42,468 nt of DNA, taken from positions 1 to 42,468 of the forward strand of contig DATGCS010000265.1 of NCBI GenBank assembly GCA_035311685.1, given 5' to 3'. Source of the DNA: Wenzhouxiangellaceae bacterium. GTDB taxonomy: Bacteria; Pseudomonadota; Gammaproteobacteria; Xanthomonadales; Wenzhouxiangellaceae. The stretch's first letter is position 1. Each line of letters starts with the position of its first letter. The notes under the pieces were generated by a model. The model had not been told where the DNA came from, searched no databases, and saw nothing but the letters and a program-made list of their open reading frames with translations. Shown here piece after piece: positions 17,065-27,108 of this stretch. A program made the translations under genes and the position numbers.

Positions 17065-17589
17065 TCAATCGGTCGAGGGTACCGCCCAGATATCCGGCAG
17101 TTCCCGAAGATTCTCCCTGTAATCCATCCCGCAGCCGAACACATAGACGTCCGGGACAATCAGGCCGTGGACATCAAGCCAATCGCGCGCGAGTCCACGC
17201 TCGTGCTCTTTCAAAGCCAGCGCCACGGAAATGACTCGATACCTGTCCGGCAGTCGCTCGCTTATGGCCGCCAGCGTATGACCTTCATCGAAGATATCGT
17301 CGATCAGCAATACCGTCTCGTCGCCGGCCGGAAGCGCCGGCCAATGCAGCCACTGGATCTCTGCGCCTCGCGTTTCGCCCCGGTATCGGGTCGCATGAAC
17401 GTAATCGATCCGCATCGGCCTGCGAATCCGGCGCGCCAGCTCGCAGGCCGGGAACATGCCGCCGGTCATGACGGGCAGCAGCAGAATCTCCCGGTCCGGA
17501 AGCTCATCGTTCAGGCGCGCCGCCATCTCGTCATAGGCAGCCGCGACGCGCTCGGCTCCGAATATCCTGTAAGCGCCGTCGGGCATCAT
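17065..17589 (-). CDS. hpt: Hypoxanthine-guanine phosphoribosyltransferase
   Basis: VMTGG, HATRY, PRPP loop VLLIDDIFDEGHT and YVFGCGMDY. The ATG overlaps the mscS stop (ATGA). Confidence 0.88.
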   Translation of the reverse strand: MMPDGAYRIFGAERVAAAYDEMAARLNDELPDREILLLPVMTGGMFPACELARRIRRPMRIDYVHATRYRGETRGAEIQWLHWPALPAGDETVLLIDDIFDEGHTLAAISERLPDRYRVISVALALKEHERGLARDWLDVHGLIVPDVYVFGCGMDYRENLRELPDIWAVPSTD

Positions 17590-18728
17590 GAGGAATCTTT
17601 TTCCTGTTCTTGTTGCTGTTCTTGCGGCTCGCCGCCGGCGAACGATGCCGGCATTGAATCGAGCTTGAGCGTACGCGTCGGGAATGCAATTTCGGCCCCG
17701 TGCGCCTCGATGATACCGCCGACCTTCAGCAAGACGTCTTCGCGGACGCGGTGATACTCGATCCATTGCGTGGTCCGGGTAAAGCAGTAGACCATGATGT
17801 CCAGCGACGACGCGCCGAACTGGTTGAAGTGAACGATCATGGTTTCGTCGACCGCGATGTCCTCGTGTCGTTCAAGCATGGACCGGATCGAATCCACGAT
17901 CGCCTTGACCCGGGCGAAGTCGTCGTAGCGCACGCCGACGTGTTCGAAAATGCGTCGATGGGTCATGCGCGAGGGGTTTTCAACGGTAATCGTGGTGAAA
18001 GTCGCGTTGGGCACGTACATCGGCCGGCGATCGAATTTCATGATGGTCGTAACGCGCCAGCCCATCTTCTGCACCACGCCCTCGATATCCCGATCGGGCG
18101 AACGCACCCAGTCACCGACCGAAAACGGCCGATCCATGAACACCATGAAGCCGCCGAAGAAATTCGCGAGCAGATCGCGCGCGGCCAGGCCAACGGCAAT
18201 CCCGCCGACGCCACCCGCCGCCAGCAGGCCGGAAATCGGAATCTCCAGGATACTCAGCGCGGTCAGCACGGCGGTCACGACAACGGCGATACGAACGATC
18301 CGTGCAAGCACACTGACCGTCGTGATGTCGAAATCCTGGTTCGTCTCGCGGCGGTGTTTGATGAAGGCCTGCTCGAAACCCGTGACCAGGCGGAATGCAA
18401 ACCAGCTCGCAGTCGCTACCAGCAGCAGCTGCTGCGCGAGCTGTAGCCACGCGACCTGAAATACCACGGCGCCGGTGTGCGGCTGAAGAATACGCCCGGC
18501 GATCAGCAGTCCCTGCCCGTAGATCAGAAGGGAGACGGGTCGCTTGCCGGCGTAGACGATGGCGTCGTCCCAATGATGCCGGGAGCTTCCGGCCAGTCGC
18601 TCGATCCGGTTGATCAGCTTCCGGAACATGAAATCGAGCAGCAGCGCGGCCAGAACGACGACGAACGCCTGAACCGTCCACGGTTTCATGCCGATCAGTC
18701 CCGAAATGCTGTCGAACCAGTTCTCCAC
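17586..18728 (-). CDS. MscS-family mechanosensitive channel
   Basis: LLAAGGVGGIAVGLAARDLLANFFGG, RPFSVGDWV, VPN and IAFPTRT. Confidence 0.93.
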   Translation of the reverse strand: MENWFDSISGLIGMKPWTVQAFVVVLAALLLDFMFRKLINRIERLAGSSRHHWDDAIVYAGKRPVSLLIYGQGLLIAGRILQPHTGAVVFQVAWLQLAQQLLLVATASWFAFRLVTGFEQAFIKHRRETNQDFDITTVSVLARIVRIAVVVTAVLTALSILEIPISGLLAAGGVGGIAVGLAARDLLANFFGGFMVFMDRPFSVGDWVRSPDRDIEGVVQKMGWRVTTIMKFDRRPMYVPNATFTTITVENPSRMTHRRIFEHVGVRYDDFARVKAIVDSIRSMLERHEDIAVDETMIVHFNQFGASSLDIMVYCFTRTTQWIEYHRVREDVLLKVGGIIEAHGAEIAFPTRTLKLDSMPASFAGGEPQEQQQEQEKDSS

Positions 18729-18732
18729 CGTA

Positions 18733-19752
18733 CTATCCTCCTGCCAGTTTCTTCAGCGACTGCTTCCACGCCCGGAACTCGGAAACAAGTTCCTGCTCGT
18801 CGAGCGTGAACTGGGCTCGGCCCAGTAGTTTCCCTGCCGACACACGTGCGGCTTCGAATTGATCGGATTCGACATCGACAGTGGCGACCAGCTTCGCTGC
18901 AGACGCCGGATCGCAGACCAGTGCCAGATCGCACCCGGCCGCTTCACTGGCGCGCCAGCGGTCATGCACGCTACCGGCTGTCCCGGCCCCGCTCATGTCG
19001 AGATCGTCTGAAATCACGATACCGCGAAAACCGAACTCGGTGCGCAGAACCTCGCCGATCCAGACGCTCGAGAAGCCGGCCGGACGGGAATCCAGGCACG
19101 AGTAGCATACGTGCGCCGGCATGATGGCGTCGAGTTCGCCCGACAACGCTGCGAACGGCGCCATGTCGGCGGCCATTTCATCCCGGCTGCGGGCGTCGAC
19201 GACGATTTCGTGATGCGAGTCGGCGCGCACCGATCCATGCCCCGGAAAGTGCTTGCCGCAGTTCTTCATCCCGGCGTCGCGCATCCCGGCCAGGTAGTGT
19301 CGCGCCAGCGCCGTGACGGTCGCCGGCCTGTCCGAAAACGCGCGGTCGCCGATGACCTCGCTGCCGCGATCCAGATCGAGCACCGGCGCCAGGCTCAGGT
19401 CCACGCCGTGACCCAGAACTTCGGCCGCCATGATCCGGCCGTGGCGATAGGCGAGATCCAGCGCCCGATCCGGGTGGCTGCGATACCATCGACCCAGCTC
19501 GCCGAGCGGCGGCAGCGCAGTGAAACCGGAGCAAAATCGCTGAACCCTTCCACCTTCCTGGTCCACGCAGATCAGCAGCCGGGAGGCGCGCAATGCCCGG
19601 ATTTCGTCGCACAACGCGACCAGCTGCGCGGATCCCTGGTAGTTTCTGGAAAACAGGATCACGCCGACCACGGCCGGGTGCGACAGCACGTCCCGGGAGC
19701 GCTGGTCGAGCGCATGCCCATCGATGCCGACGATCAACCCGGTGCGCCTCAT
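18733..19752 (-). CDS. nagZ: Beta-N-acetylhexosaminidase (GH3)
   Basis: VILFSRN, VDQEGGRVQR, KHFPGHG...DSH and SDDLDM. Confidence 0.95.
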   Translation of the reverse strand: MRRTGLIVGIDGHALDQRSRDVLSHPAVVGVILFSRNYQGSAQLVALCDEIRALRASRLLICVDQEGGRVQRFCSGFTALPPLGELGRWYRSHPDRALDLAYRHGRIMAAEVLGHGVDLSLAPVLDLDRGSEVIGDRAFSDRPATVTALARHYLAGMRDAGMKNCGKHFPGHGSVRADSHHEIVVDARSRDEMAADMAPFAALSGELDAIMPAHVCYSCLDSRPAGFSSVWIGEVLRTEFGFRGIVISDDLDMSGAGTAGSVHDRWRASEAAGCDLALVCDPASAAKLVATVDVESDQFEAARVSAGKLLGRAQFTLDEQELVSEFRAWKQSLKKLAGG

Positions 19753-21080
19753 TGGTTTCGGACGAACAGCGCCAGCGATTCGACATGCGCGGTATGCGGA
19801 AACATGTCGGCAACACCCGCATGCTGCAATCGATAGCCGTATTCGCTGACCAGCGTACCGGCGTCCCGGGCAAGGGTTGCGGGATCGCAGGACACGTAGA
19901 CGATACGCGGCGCCCGGGTCGCCGCGACCAGAGGCAGGATTTCGGCCGCGCCCGAACGCGGGGGATCGATCAGTACGCCGTCGAATTTCTCCTGCATCCA
20001 GGCAAGGCTTTCGACCGACTGCATCAGATCGGCGGCGACGAAGCGCGCATTCCCGATGCCGTTGGCCACGGCATTCGCGCGGGCCGACTCGACCAGGCTC
20101 TGGTCAAGCTCTACCCCCAGCACCTCGCCGGCACCGCGGGCCAGCGGTAGCGAAAAGTTGCCGAGGCCGCAAAAAAGGTCGAGGATGCGATCCTCCGGCC
20201 CGATCGACATCAGCTCGACAGCCTTCTGCGTCAGCTTGCGGTTGACCTGCGCATTGACCTGCACGAACTGTTGCGGATGAAACGCGAACTCGAGATCGAA
20301 TGCTTCGAGGCGATAGGTCAACTGATGCGCCTCGGGCCAGAGGCGCTGAACGCTGTCGGGACCGGCCGATTGCAGCCACACGGCAATACCGGTGCGCTCC
20401 GACCATGCAATCAGATTCTTCTCGTCGGCCGATGTCAGCGGGTCCAGGTGGCGCAATACAATAGCGGCGGTATCGTCTCCGGCCGCGCACTCGACCTGCG
20501 CGATCCGGTCGGGGATGCTCAATCGGCCGATCAGATCCGACAGTTCCATCAGGCGATCGGCGAACGCCGGGTGCAGTACGCGGCATGCTTCGATGTCGGC
20601 CACGTAGCGGCCGCCGATTTCGCGAAAACCGACCAGCACCCGGCCCTTGCCCGGTACGTTGCGCGCGCTGAGTCGCGCGCGCCGTCGATAGTGCCAGGAA
20701 TCCCCCGAGATCGGCGGCATCCAGTCGGCCGGCTCGACCTGGCCGATGCGGCGGAAGTTCTCGCTCAACCGCTGCGCCTTCCAGTCCAGTTGCGCGGCGT
20801 GATCGAGGTGCTGAAGCGCACAGCCGCCGCAATAGCCGAACCAGGAACACTCGGGCTCGACGCGCTGATCAGAGGGAGATTCCACGGCCAGCGTGACCGC
20901 TTCGTCGAACCGCCGATTGCGGCCCGTCAGGCGCGCCGAAACGCGCTCGCCCGGCAGCGCGCCGTGAACGAAAGTAACCTTGTCTTCGACCCGACCGACG
21001 CCGCGTCCGTCATGCGAGAGATCGCTGATTTCGACTCCGACCGGTTCCAGCGGAAGTCGCCTTCTTGCGCGCCGCGCCAA
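19749..21080 (-). CDS. rlmD: 23S rRNA m5U1939 methyltransferase
   Basis: TRAM domain, CxxxxxCGGC Fe-S motif, LDLFCGLGNF, DPPRSG, YVSCDPATLARD and MFPHTAHVES. Confidence 0.96.
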   Translation of the reverse strand: MARRARRRLPLEPVGVEISDLSHDGRGVGRVEDKVTFVHGALPGERVSARLTGRNRRFDEAVTLAVESPSDQRVEPECSWFGYCGGCALQHLDHAAQLDWKAQRLSENFRRIGQVEPADWMPPISGDSWHYRRRARLSARNVPGKGRVLVGFREIGGRYVADIEACRVLHPAFADRLMELSDLIGRLSIPDRIAQVECAAGDDTAAIVLRHLDPLTSADEKNLIAWSERTGIAVWLQSAGPDSVQRLWPEAHQLTYRLEAFDLEFAFHPQQFVQVNAQVNRKLTQKAVELMSIGPEDRILDLFCGLGNFSLPLARGAGEVLGVELDQSLVESARANAVANGIGNARFVAADLMQSVESLAWMQEKFDGVLIDPPRSGAAEILPLVAATRAPRIVYVSCDPATLARDAGTLVSEYGYRLQHAGVADMFPHTAHVESLALFVRNQ

Positions 21081-21083
21081 AAC

Positions 21084-21707
21084 CTATTTCCGCTGCCAGT
21101 TGCCGGATTCGTCCTGGTAATACCAGCCGTCGCGTGCATTTGCAATCCACCGGTCGGCAAAGGTCTCGCGAATACGCTCTTCCCACTCCGGGTGCCCGTT
21201 GGCCACCGCGATCTCGCGATAGACCGCGCGCCGGTCGGCGTTTTCCTCAGCCACGATCCGTTCCATCTGACGCCGCTCGGAAAGCGGGACGGCGCTTCGG
21301 TCCCGAATCTCGATCAGACCGGTATTGTCCAGCCCGATGGCGCCGGCATCCAGCCAGGCCGCGAGATGCCGGCGCTGACGCTCGACCATTCGCTGTTTTA
21401 TGGCATTGATCTGCGGACCCTCGATATCGATGTTCACCGACTGGGCGTGGGCCGACGGTATGACAATCCCGGCCAGGATCGCAAGTGGATCGAGACTCCG
21501 ATGCACGACGCGGCCATCGCTATTCCCGGCCGGCCGGGAAAGCGCCGCCCCTTCGGTCTCGGACTGCGGCCCGATCACGTCCTGGATGAAGCGATCCGCT
21601 GCGCGCTCGGCGGCGGCTTCCGGAAAGTAGACGTTGATCGTGACGCATGCGACGAGCACGGCGGTCACGACGGTCACGAACAGATTTCTGACGATGCGGT
21701 TGATCAA
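21084..21707 (-). CDS. YdbL/DUF1318-family lipoprotein with YnbE-like N-terminus
   Basis: TTG start with GGAG RBS; lipobox LVAC; CVTINVYFP, ENADRRAVYREIA and GWYYQ...W. Confidence 0.8.
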   Translation of the reverse strand: MINRIVRNLFVTVVTAVLVACVTINVYFPEAAAERAADRFIQDVIGPQSETEGAALSRPAGNSDGRVVHRSLDPLAILAGIVIPSAHAQSVNIDIEGPQINAIKQRMVERQRRHLAAWLDAGAIGLDNTGLIEIRDRSAVPLSERRQMERIVAEENADRRAVYREIAVANGHPEWEERIRETFADRWIANARDGWYYQDESGNWQRK

Positions 21708-21770
21708 GTCTTTTCTCCATGATGAGCGACAGCAGCGTGTCGTTCGGATGATTAACGTCCACTGACCGGG

Positions 21771-21779
21771 ATTCTATCA
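21771..21779 (-). promoter_or_regulatory. Extended -10 promoter for the ydbL-rlmD-nagZ-mscS-hpt run
   Basis: Minus strand TGaTAGAAT about 65 nt upstream of the ydbL start. Confidence 0.45.
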
Positions 21780-21911
21780 AACGACCGGGCCTGAACCCGC
21801 CTGATTCACCATATGCCTGCTGCGACGCCGCGAGGTCCCGCAGCCGGGGGCAGTGACATCTCACGAGCGGGCGGGCCATCAAGACCCGTCGCCGAGCGAC
21901 CGGCCCGGCTT

Positions 21912-23900
21912 TCATTCGACTGATCCCGTCGCGGCCGCGAGCTGTGCCATCAGGCGGGGCCAGTCCACCCGGCGCTGGTAGCCGACGATATCCAGCCGGG
22001 GGATCAAGCGACCCTCGAGTATCACGTAACCGCCATCCTCGGCATCCCGCAGGCCGCGCATGCGACAGGTATTCGCCGCCAGCCGGCAGCCCAGCCCTGC
22101 CTTGCGATATGGAAAGTCCTCGAACCAGCGCAACAGGGTGCCGGAAATCGCCGAACCGCCGCCGCCGGACAGGCTGGAAATCGAATCGACCGCCTTCTGG
22201 CTGATTTCGCGCTCCGGGCTGTCATCCAGCGTCTCGAACCAGGCGTCGAACCGCACCGGCTGCCAGTCGAGCAACCTCAGATCTTGCACGTGCCCCGACA
22301 TCAGCCCCAGCATGCGGCCGAATTCGAATGCCCCGGTGACCTGTTCCAGGTCCAGCGCATCGAACTCGATGTCGGCGGCAAGGGCCGGAAGGGAACCGAA
22401 TGGCCGCTCGACCGAAAGCCCATTGATTTTCGCGCTACCGCCGAATAAATCGATATCGAGACCACCCTGGACATCGATGACACTGCCGGAAAGCTGAATC
22501 CCCGGGAAATTGCCCGAGAGCCGCCCGCCGAACTCGGTCCATCCAAGTGTCCGCGTCAATTCCGAGAGATCGACCGGCTCCAGGCGCGCATCCATTACCA
22601 GCCGGCGATCACTGTGCGCCCAATCACGCCATGCCAGTCGCTCGACGACCAATGCGCCGTCGAGTACCGGCAACCGGAACGAATCCACCAGCGCCAGCGT
22701 TCCCGCCTCGTTTGTGCGGAATGCGAGTGCACTGGCGCCGAGCGGAATACGGCGCAACCTTGCGTCTTGCCAGTTGGCGCCGATTTCCAGCCCCTGCGAC
22801 GCTTTGTCCCATCCCAGCCACGCGCCCAGCCCGGTGACCGCAATCCGGTCGGCGCCGTCGGCAATGGTGACGTCGGACAGGCGCAGTCCGGCGCTGACGA
22901 CCGAATCGTCCTCGATTCGCAGGCGTCCTGACAACAGGCCGCCGGGATCGAGTTGTCCCCAGCCATGGGTGCCGGCCAGGGAGCTCAAGCCCTGGCGCCA
23001 GACCGATGCGAGATCCGCCTGCTCGATTTCCAGATCCAGCGCTGCGACTCGAATCGGTTCGCCGGCAACGATACGGCCGGCCACGGTCAGCGAAATCGAC
23101 TGGGGCTGTTCAAGCGCCAGATGCGCGATGCGCCAGCCCGCCTGCCCCAGATCCCGTGCCTCCAGCTCGAGGCTGAAGGACGCTTCCGGCGACGGGAGAT
23201 AGGCCGGGCCAAGCAGGAGTTCTCCGGCGCTCCAGTTCGCGTCCAGCCGCAAGCGCGCATCGTCCGCAAACCAGTCGAAACCCACATCAAGCGTCAATCC
23301 GGCACCGGCATAAAGCCCGTCGGGCGTATCGAAGGCAAGTTCTCGAATCCGGAGCGTGCCCTGAACACGATCTCGACCCGGTTTCAGCGTGCCGGAAAGG
23401 CTTCCCGATAGCGCGGCAAGACCTGCCTCGGCAAGCACCGGGGACGGAATCCAGCCCGCGGGTACGTCCCGTATCGAAAGCGTCGCACGACCGTTGCCCG
23501 GCAGCCCGTAAACAACGCGCCCCCCGTCGTCGCCGATCAGCGTGAACTGCCCGACCCGACGCTCGAATTCGAAAGCCCACGGAGGCCGACCATCGATGCT
23601 CCAGGTCGCTCGGCCCTGCCCGCAGCGCGTTTGCGGCTGCGCAACGCAGCGCATCGCGACGTCTCCCAGCGCGCCGAGTTGCGCATGCGCAATTCCGCTG
23701 ATCTCCACCGTCGTAGCCTCACGCTCTCCATCCCCCTGCCGGGCCCGGATCTTATCGACGCTAAAATCCTCGAACGTCGTCGGACCGGCCTGCAACTCGA
23801 ACTGCAACGCGCCATCGGCAGGCGCCGGGGAGAGCCAGCACGCGCCTGCCAGAACCATCACGGCACCTCGGATCAACAAGATTGTCCGCCTGCAGGTCAT
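21912..23900 (-). CDS. YdbH/AsmA-like beta-rich periplasmic protein
   Basis: Start set at MTCRRTILL. N-terminal hydrophobic anchor, beta-rich repeats, C-terminal ISQKAVDSISSLSGGG...VDWPRL. Adjacent to the YdbL-family gene. Confidence 0.6.
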   Translation of the reverse strand: MTCRRTILLIRGAVMVLAGACWLSPAPADGALQFELQAGPTTFEDFSVDKIRARQGDGEREATTVEISGIAHAQLGALGDVAMRCVAQPQTRCGQGRATWSIDGRPPWAFEFERRVGQFTLIGDDGGRVVYGLPGNGRATLSIRDVPAGWIPSPVLAEAGLAALSGSLSGTLKPGRDRVQGTLRIRELAFDTPDGLYAGAGLTLDVGFDWFADDARLRLDANWSAGELLLGPAYLPSPEASFSLELEARDLGQAGWRIAHLALEQPQSISLTVAGRIVAGEPIRVAALDLEIEQADLASVWRQGLSSLAGTHGWGQLDPGGLLSGRLRIEDDSVVSAGLRLSDVTIADGADRIAVTGLGAWLGWDKASQGLEIGANWQDARLRRIPLGASALAFRTNEAGTLALVDSFRLPVLDGALVVERLAWRDWAHSDRRLVMDARLEPVDLSELTRTLGWTEFGGRLSGNFPGIQLSGSVIDVQGGLDIDLFGGSAKINGLSVERPFGSLPALAADIEFDALDLEQVTGAFEFGRMLGLMSGHVQDLRLLDWQPVRFDAWFETLDDSPEREISQKAVDSISSLSGGGGSAISGTLLRWFEDFPYRKAGLGCRLAANTCRMRGLRDAEDGGYVILEGRLIPRLDIVGYQRRVDWPRLMAQLAAATGSVE

Positions 23901-23918
23901 CGGGTTATATTGTGACCC
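23901..23918. promoter_or_regulatory. Candidate bidirectional -10 element between two divergent ATGs
   Basis: 18-bp spacer CGGGTTATATTGTGACCC. TATATT is 7 nt before the + ATG, CAATAT is 6 nt before the - ATG, and no SD is present. Confidence 0.45.
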
Positions 23919-24692
23919 ATGAGCAATCAGGGCAGCAGGGAAATCGAAAGTCTCGCCGTGCTGGCGGTAGACGATCACGAGATCAATCGCGACTTCATCC
24001 AGGCCGCGCTTGCGCCGGCGGTGGCTTCTCTGGAGCTTGCGGGCAGCGGATTCGAGGCCATCGAGCGCTGCCGCAACCGGCGGTTCGACATTGTGCTGAT
24101 GGATCTGCACATGCCGGACATGGACGGTTTGACCGCCTGGGAGCAGATTCGCGGTCAGGCGACCGGCGAACTTTCGATGCGCGTCATCGCGCTTACCGCC
24201 GACAGCCGACCAGAAGAACGTGAACGATTGCGCTGCGCCGGGTTTCACGGCTTCCTGAGCAAGCCGGTCTCGCCCGGCCTGCTGTTGCTGACGATTCGAC
24301 GCGTGGTCGCAGGCCGCGACGGCTTTACCGAGATTCAGAATCCGGCGGAGCGACGCGCATTGCTGCTCGACGATGCCCGGGCAGCCCGGGCCTGCGGAAG
24401 CCCGGCTCGCGCCCGCCAGATGCGAACGGCGCTGGCGACCGAGATCGATGACCATTGGGCATCGCTGGACGACGCCGTTTCAGGCGGCCGGTGGGAAGAT
24501 GCCGCAGAGCAATTGCATCAGTGGGCAGGGGCCTGCGGCTATTCGGGCGCAACCCGGCTCGAACAGGCCTGCGCATCATTGGAGGCATCGCTGCGCAGGG
24601 ATCTGGACAGTTCGCCGGGCAGTCTTTACCTCAATCTGGTCAGAACGGTTGAAAGCACCCGTCAGTCGATCAAGGCAGCTCAACCGGACTGA
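23919..24692 (+). CDS. Receiver + HPt domain protein (BarA/GacS C-terminal-like)
   Basis: VLAVDD, FDIVLMDLHMPDMDG, ALTAD and FLSKP receiver motifs; HPt LHQWAGACGYSGA. Confidence 0.88.
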   Translation: MSNQGSREIESLAVLAVDDHEINRDFIQAALAPAVASLELAGSGFEAIERCRNRRFDIVLMDLHMPDMDGLTAWEQIRGQATGELSMRVIALTADSRPEERERLRCAGFHGFLSKPVSPGLLLLTIRRVVAGRDGFTEIQNPAERRALLLDDARAARACGSPARARQMRTALATEIDDHWASLDDAVSGGRWEDAAEQLHQWAGACGYSGATRLEQACASLEASLRRDLDSSPGSLYLNLVRTVESTRQSIKAAQPD

Positions 24693-24761
24693 AACCACCG
24701 GCAGATTCGACCAACTCCGGAGGCCGCTGCATCGTCGCGCCGACCCGGCGCAGAGCATGTT

Positions 24762-25514
24762 TCATACGCCCTCGCACGCATCCTGGGCGAGGCAGCGCTT
24801 CATCTCGGTCACCGCGACACCCAGCCCGGTAAAGATGGCGCGGGCGATGATGGCATGACCGATGTTGAATTCCCGGATCAGATCCAGGGCGACCACGTCG
24901 AAGATGTTTTCATAGTGCAGACCATGACCCGCGTTGACCACCAGACCACCGGCGCTCGCCAGGGCGGCCGCTTCCGCGATACGCGCCAGCTCGGCCTGCG
25001 ATCTGTTGCTGTCCCCGGCGTTGGCGTAGGCCCCGGTGTGGATTTCGACGACCGGTGCGCCGCACTCGCCGGCCGCCTCGATCTGCTCGGGCTCGGGGTC
25101 GACGAACAGCGAAACCCGTATTCCGGCCGCATCAAAGGCCTTGCAGAAGCGGGTGACTTCGGCGCGTCGTCCGGCCACATCCAAGCCACCCTCGGTGGTC
25201 AGTTCCATTCGCCTCTCGGGTACCAGGCAAACATCTTCCGGGCGATGCGACAGCGCAAAGTCGAGCATGGCGTCGGTCATTGCCATTTCGAGATTCAGGC
25301 GGGTCTGCGACTGTTCCACCAGCGCCGAGACGTCGCAGTCCTGGATATGCCGACGGTCTTCGCGCAGGTGGACCGTGATCAGGTCGGCACCGTTCTCTTC
25401 GGCTATGCGGGCGGCCTCCAGCACGGATGGATAAGCCGTGCCGCGCGCCTGCCTGATGGTCGCCACGTGATCGATGTTGACGCCCAGAAGCGGGGCCAGA
25501 AGTTGTGCATTCAT
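24762..25514 (-). CDS. pdxJ: Pyridoxine 5'-phosphate synthase
   Basis: [38 protein letters not shown] and FNIGH. Confidence 0.98.
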   Translation of the reverse strand: MNAQLLAPLLGVNIDHVATIRQARGTAYPSVLEAARIAEENGADLITVHLREDRRHIQDCDVSALVEQSQTRLNLEMAMTDAMLDFALSHRPEDVCLVPERRMELTTEGGLDVAGRRAEVTRFCKAFDAAGIRVSLFVDPEPEQIEAAGECGAPVVEIHTGAYANAGDSNRSQAELARIAEAAALASAGGLVVNAGHGLHYENIFDVVALDLIREFNIGHAIIARAIFTGLGVAVTEMKRCLAQDACEGV

Positions 25515-26212
25515 GACGGATTCTCCCGGAAAAAGGCCGGCGTATTGAGCTTTCGCCCGTCGAGCTGATTTTCGATCAATTTTCGCATCAAGCGCAGCGC
25601 CGCGGCGTCGTGATGCAACGGAATATCGTGCCCGTTGGCGAGCGCGAGCAATACCGTCCCCTGTATACCATCCTGGTGTTCGGATACCGGCACCGGGCCC
25701 GACACCGGATCCACCCGGTAATGCATCGCGGGCGTCACCGGTTCGCCCGATTCACCACTGAGCGCCAGGTCCGGTGCGACACCGAGCGCGTGGAGCAAGG
25801 CCAGTTCGAAACGCCTCAGCGCATTGCTCTGACGCGCCGGCCCCGTCAACTCGGACAACAGGCACGCATAGGCGTCGAAGATATTGGAATCCGGATCGTC
25901 GCGCGGCGTCAGTCTGAGCAACAGTTCGTTGGCGTAAAGTCCGCACCACATGGTCCGGCCGGAAAGACGCCTGGCCGGGCCTGCCGGTTCTAGACCTGTA
26001 AGTGTGGCCATCTCGCCGCGCCGGCTCCACGACGCCTCAAGCGCCCGGAAAGGCTCGGTCAGGCCGAAAAAAGCCGACTTTGCCCGGCGCGCACCACGCG
26101 CAACGCCGACGATGCGTCCGTGTTCCCGGCTCAGCAGCTCGATGATCAGGCTGGTGTCGCGCCACGCCCGCCTGTGAAGGACGAAAACCGCTTCTCGATC
26201 GACCCGGCTCAA
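25511..26212 (-). CDS. recO: DNA repair protein RecO
   Basis: [23 protein letters not shown] and LRRFELALL; lies between era and pdxJ. Confidence 0.95.
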   Translation of the reverse strand: MSRVDREAVFVLHRRAWRDTSLIIELLSREHGRIVGVARGARRAKSAFFGLTEPFRALEASWSRRGEMATLTGLEPAGPARRLSGRTMWCGLYANELLLRLTPRDDPDSNIFDAYACLLSELTGPARQSNALRRFELALLHALGVAPDLALSGESGEPVTPAMHYRVDPVSGPVPVSEHQDGIQGTVLLALANGHDIPLHHDAAALRLMRKLIENQLDGRKLNTPAFFRENPS

Positions 26213-27108
26213 CGGTGGTAACCAAGCCTTGCAAATTCGCCTTCACGGTCGGTCCAGCCTTGTTCGACCCGAACCACAAGATCCAGATGGACCGGCATAT
26301 CGAACAGCGCTTCCATGGCCTTGCGCGCCCGGATGCCGATGCGTTTCAGGGTTTGGCCCCCCTGCCCTATGACCATGCCCTTGTGGCGCTTTTCGGCAAC
26401 CAGGATCAAGGCCCCGATGCGGTATCTTCGCGGTTCCTCTTCGAACGATTCGATCATCACGGTCGTGCCATAGGGAACCTCCTGGTGGAGATTCTCCAGA
26501 AGTTGTTCGCGCACGATCTCGGCGGCCAGGAAACGCGTCGATTCGGTGGTGAATTCATCCGGCGGAAACAGCGGCGGTTGCTCGGGCAGATGTCTGATCA
26601 AGCCGTCGGCCAGCGCATCCATGCCGTCACCCTTCAGCGCCGATATGAAAAAAACCTCTACCGGATTGACCTTGGCCGACCAGGTCTCGGCGAGCGGCAG
26701 CAGGTCCGACCGCAGCTTGACCCGGTCAATCTTGTTGAACACCAGCACGGTATCGACCCCGGCCTGCGCCGCCGCGCGTGCCGCGGCCTCGTCTTCCTCG
26801 GTAGGCCCGGATGCGTCTATCACAAGCACCGCCAGGTCGACACCGCGCAAGGCCTCGGCCGCGACGCGGTTGAGGTGCCTGTTGAGCGCATGGTCGCGCC
26901 GGCGATGCAGCCCCGGTGTGTCCACCAGTACCAGCTGCCCGCCCGGCCGGTTGACGATGCCGGTAACCCGGTGTCGGGTCGTCTGCGGCTTGTGCGTAAC
27001 GATGGAAACGCGCTCGCCCACAAGACGGTTCAGAAGGGTCGACTTGCCTGCATTGGGACGGCCGAACAGCGCTACGGCGCCACTTCGGGACTTTTCGGTC
27101 TGATTCAT
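26209..27108 (-). CDS. era: GTPase Era
   Basis: GRPNAGKSTL, KPQTTR, DTPG and NKID; KH domain VIGQGG. Confidence 0.97.
   Translation of the reverse strand: MNQTEKSRSGAVALFGRPNAGKSTLLNRLVGERVSIVTHKPQTTRHRVTGIVNRPGGQLVLVDTPGLHRRRDHALNRHLNRVAAEALRGVDLAVLVIDASGPTEEDEAAARAAAQAGVDTVLVFNKIDRVKLRSDLLPLAETWSAKVNPVEVFFISALKGDGMDALADGLIRHLPEQPPLFPPDEFTTESTRFLAAEIVREQLLENLHQEVPYGTTVMIESFEEEPRRYRIGALILVAEKRHKGMVIGQGGQTLKRIGIRARKAMEALFDMPVHLDLVVRVEQGWTDREGEFARLGYHR

Noticed and set aside
23901-24455. N-terminal 185 aa of the 847-aa ORF
   Set aside because: Overlaps the REC-HPt gene on the opposite strand; the hydrophobic anchor begins at ATG 23900.
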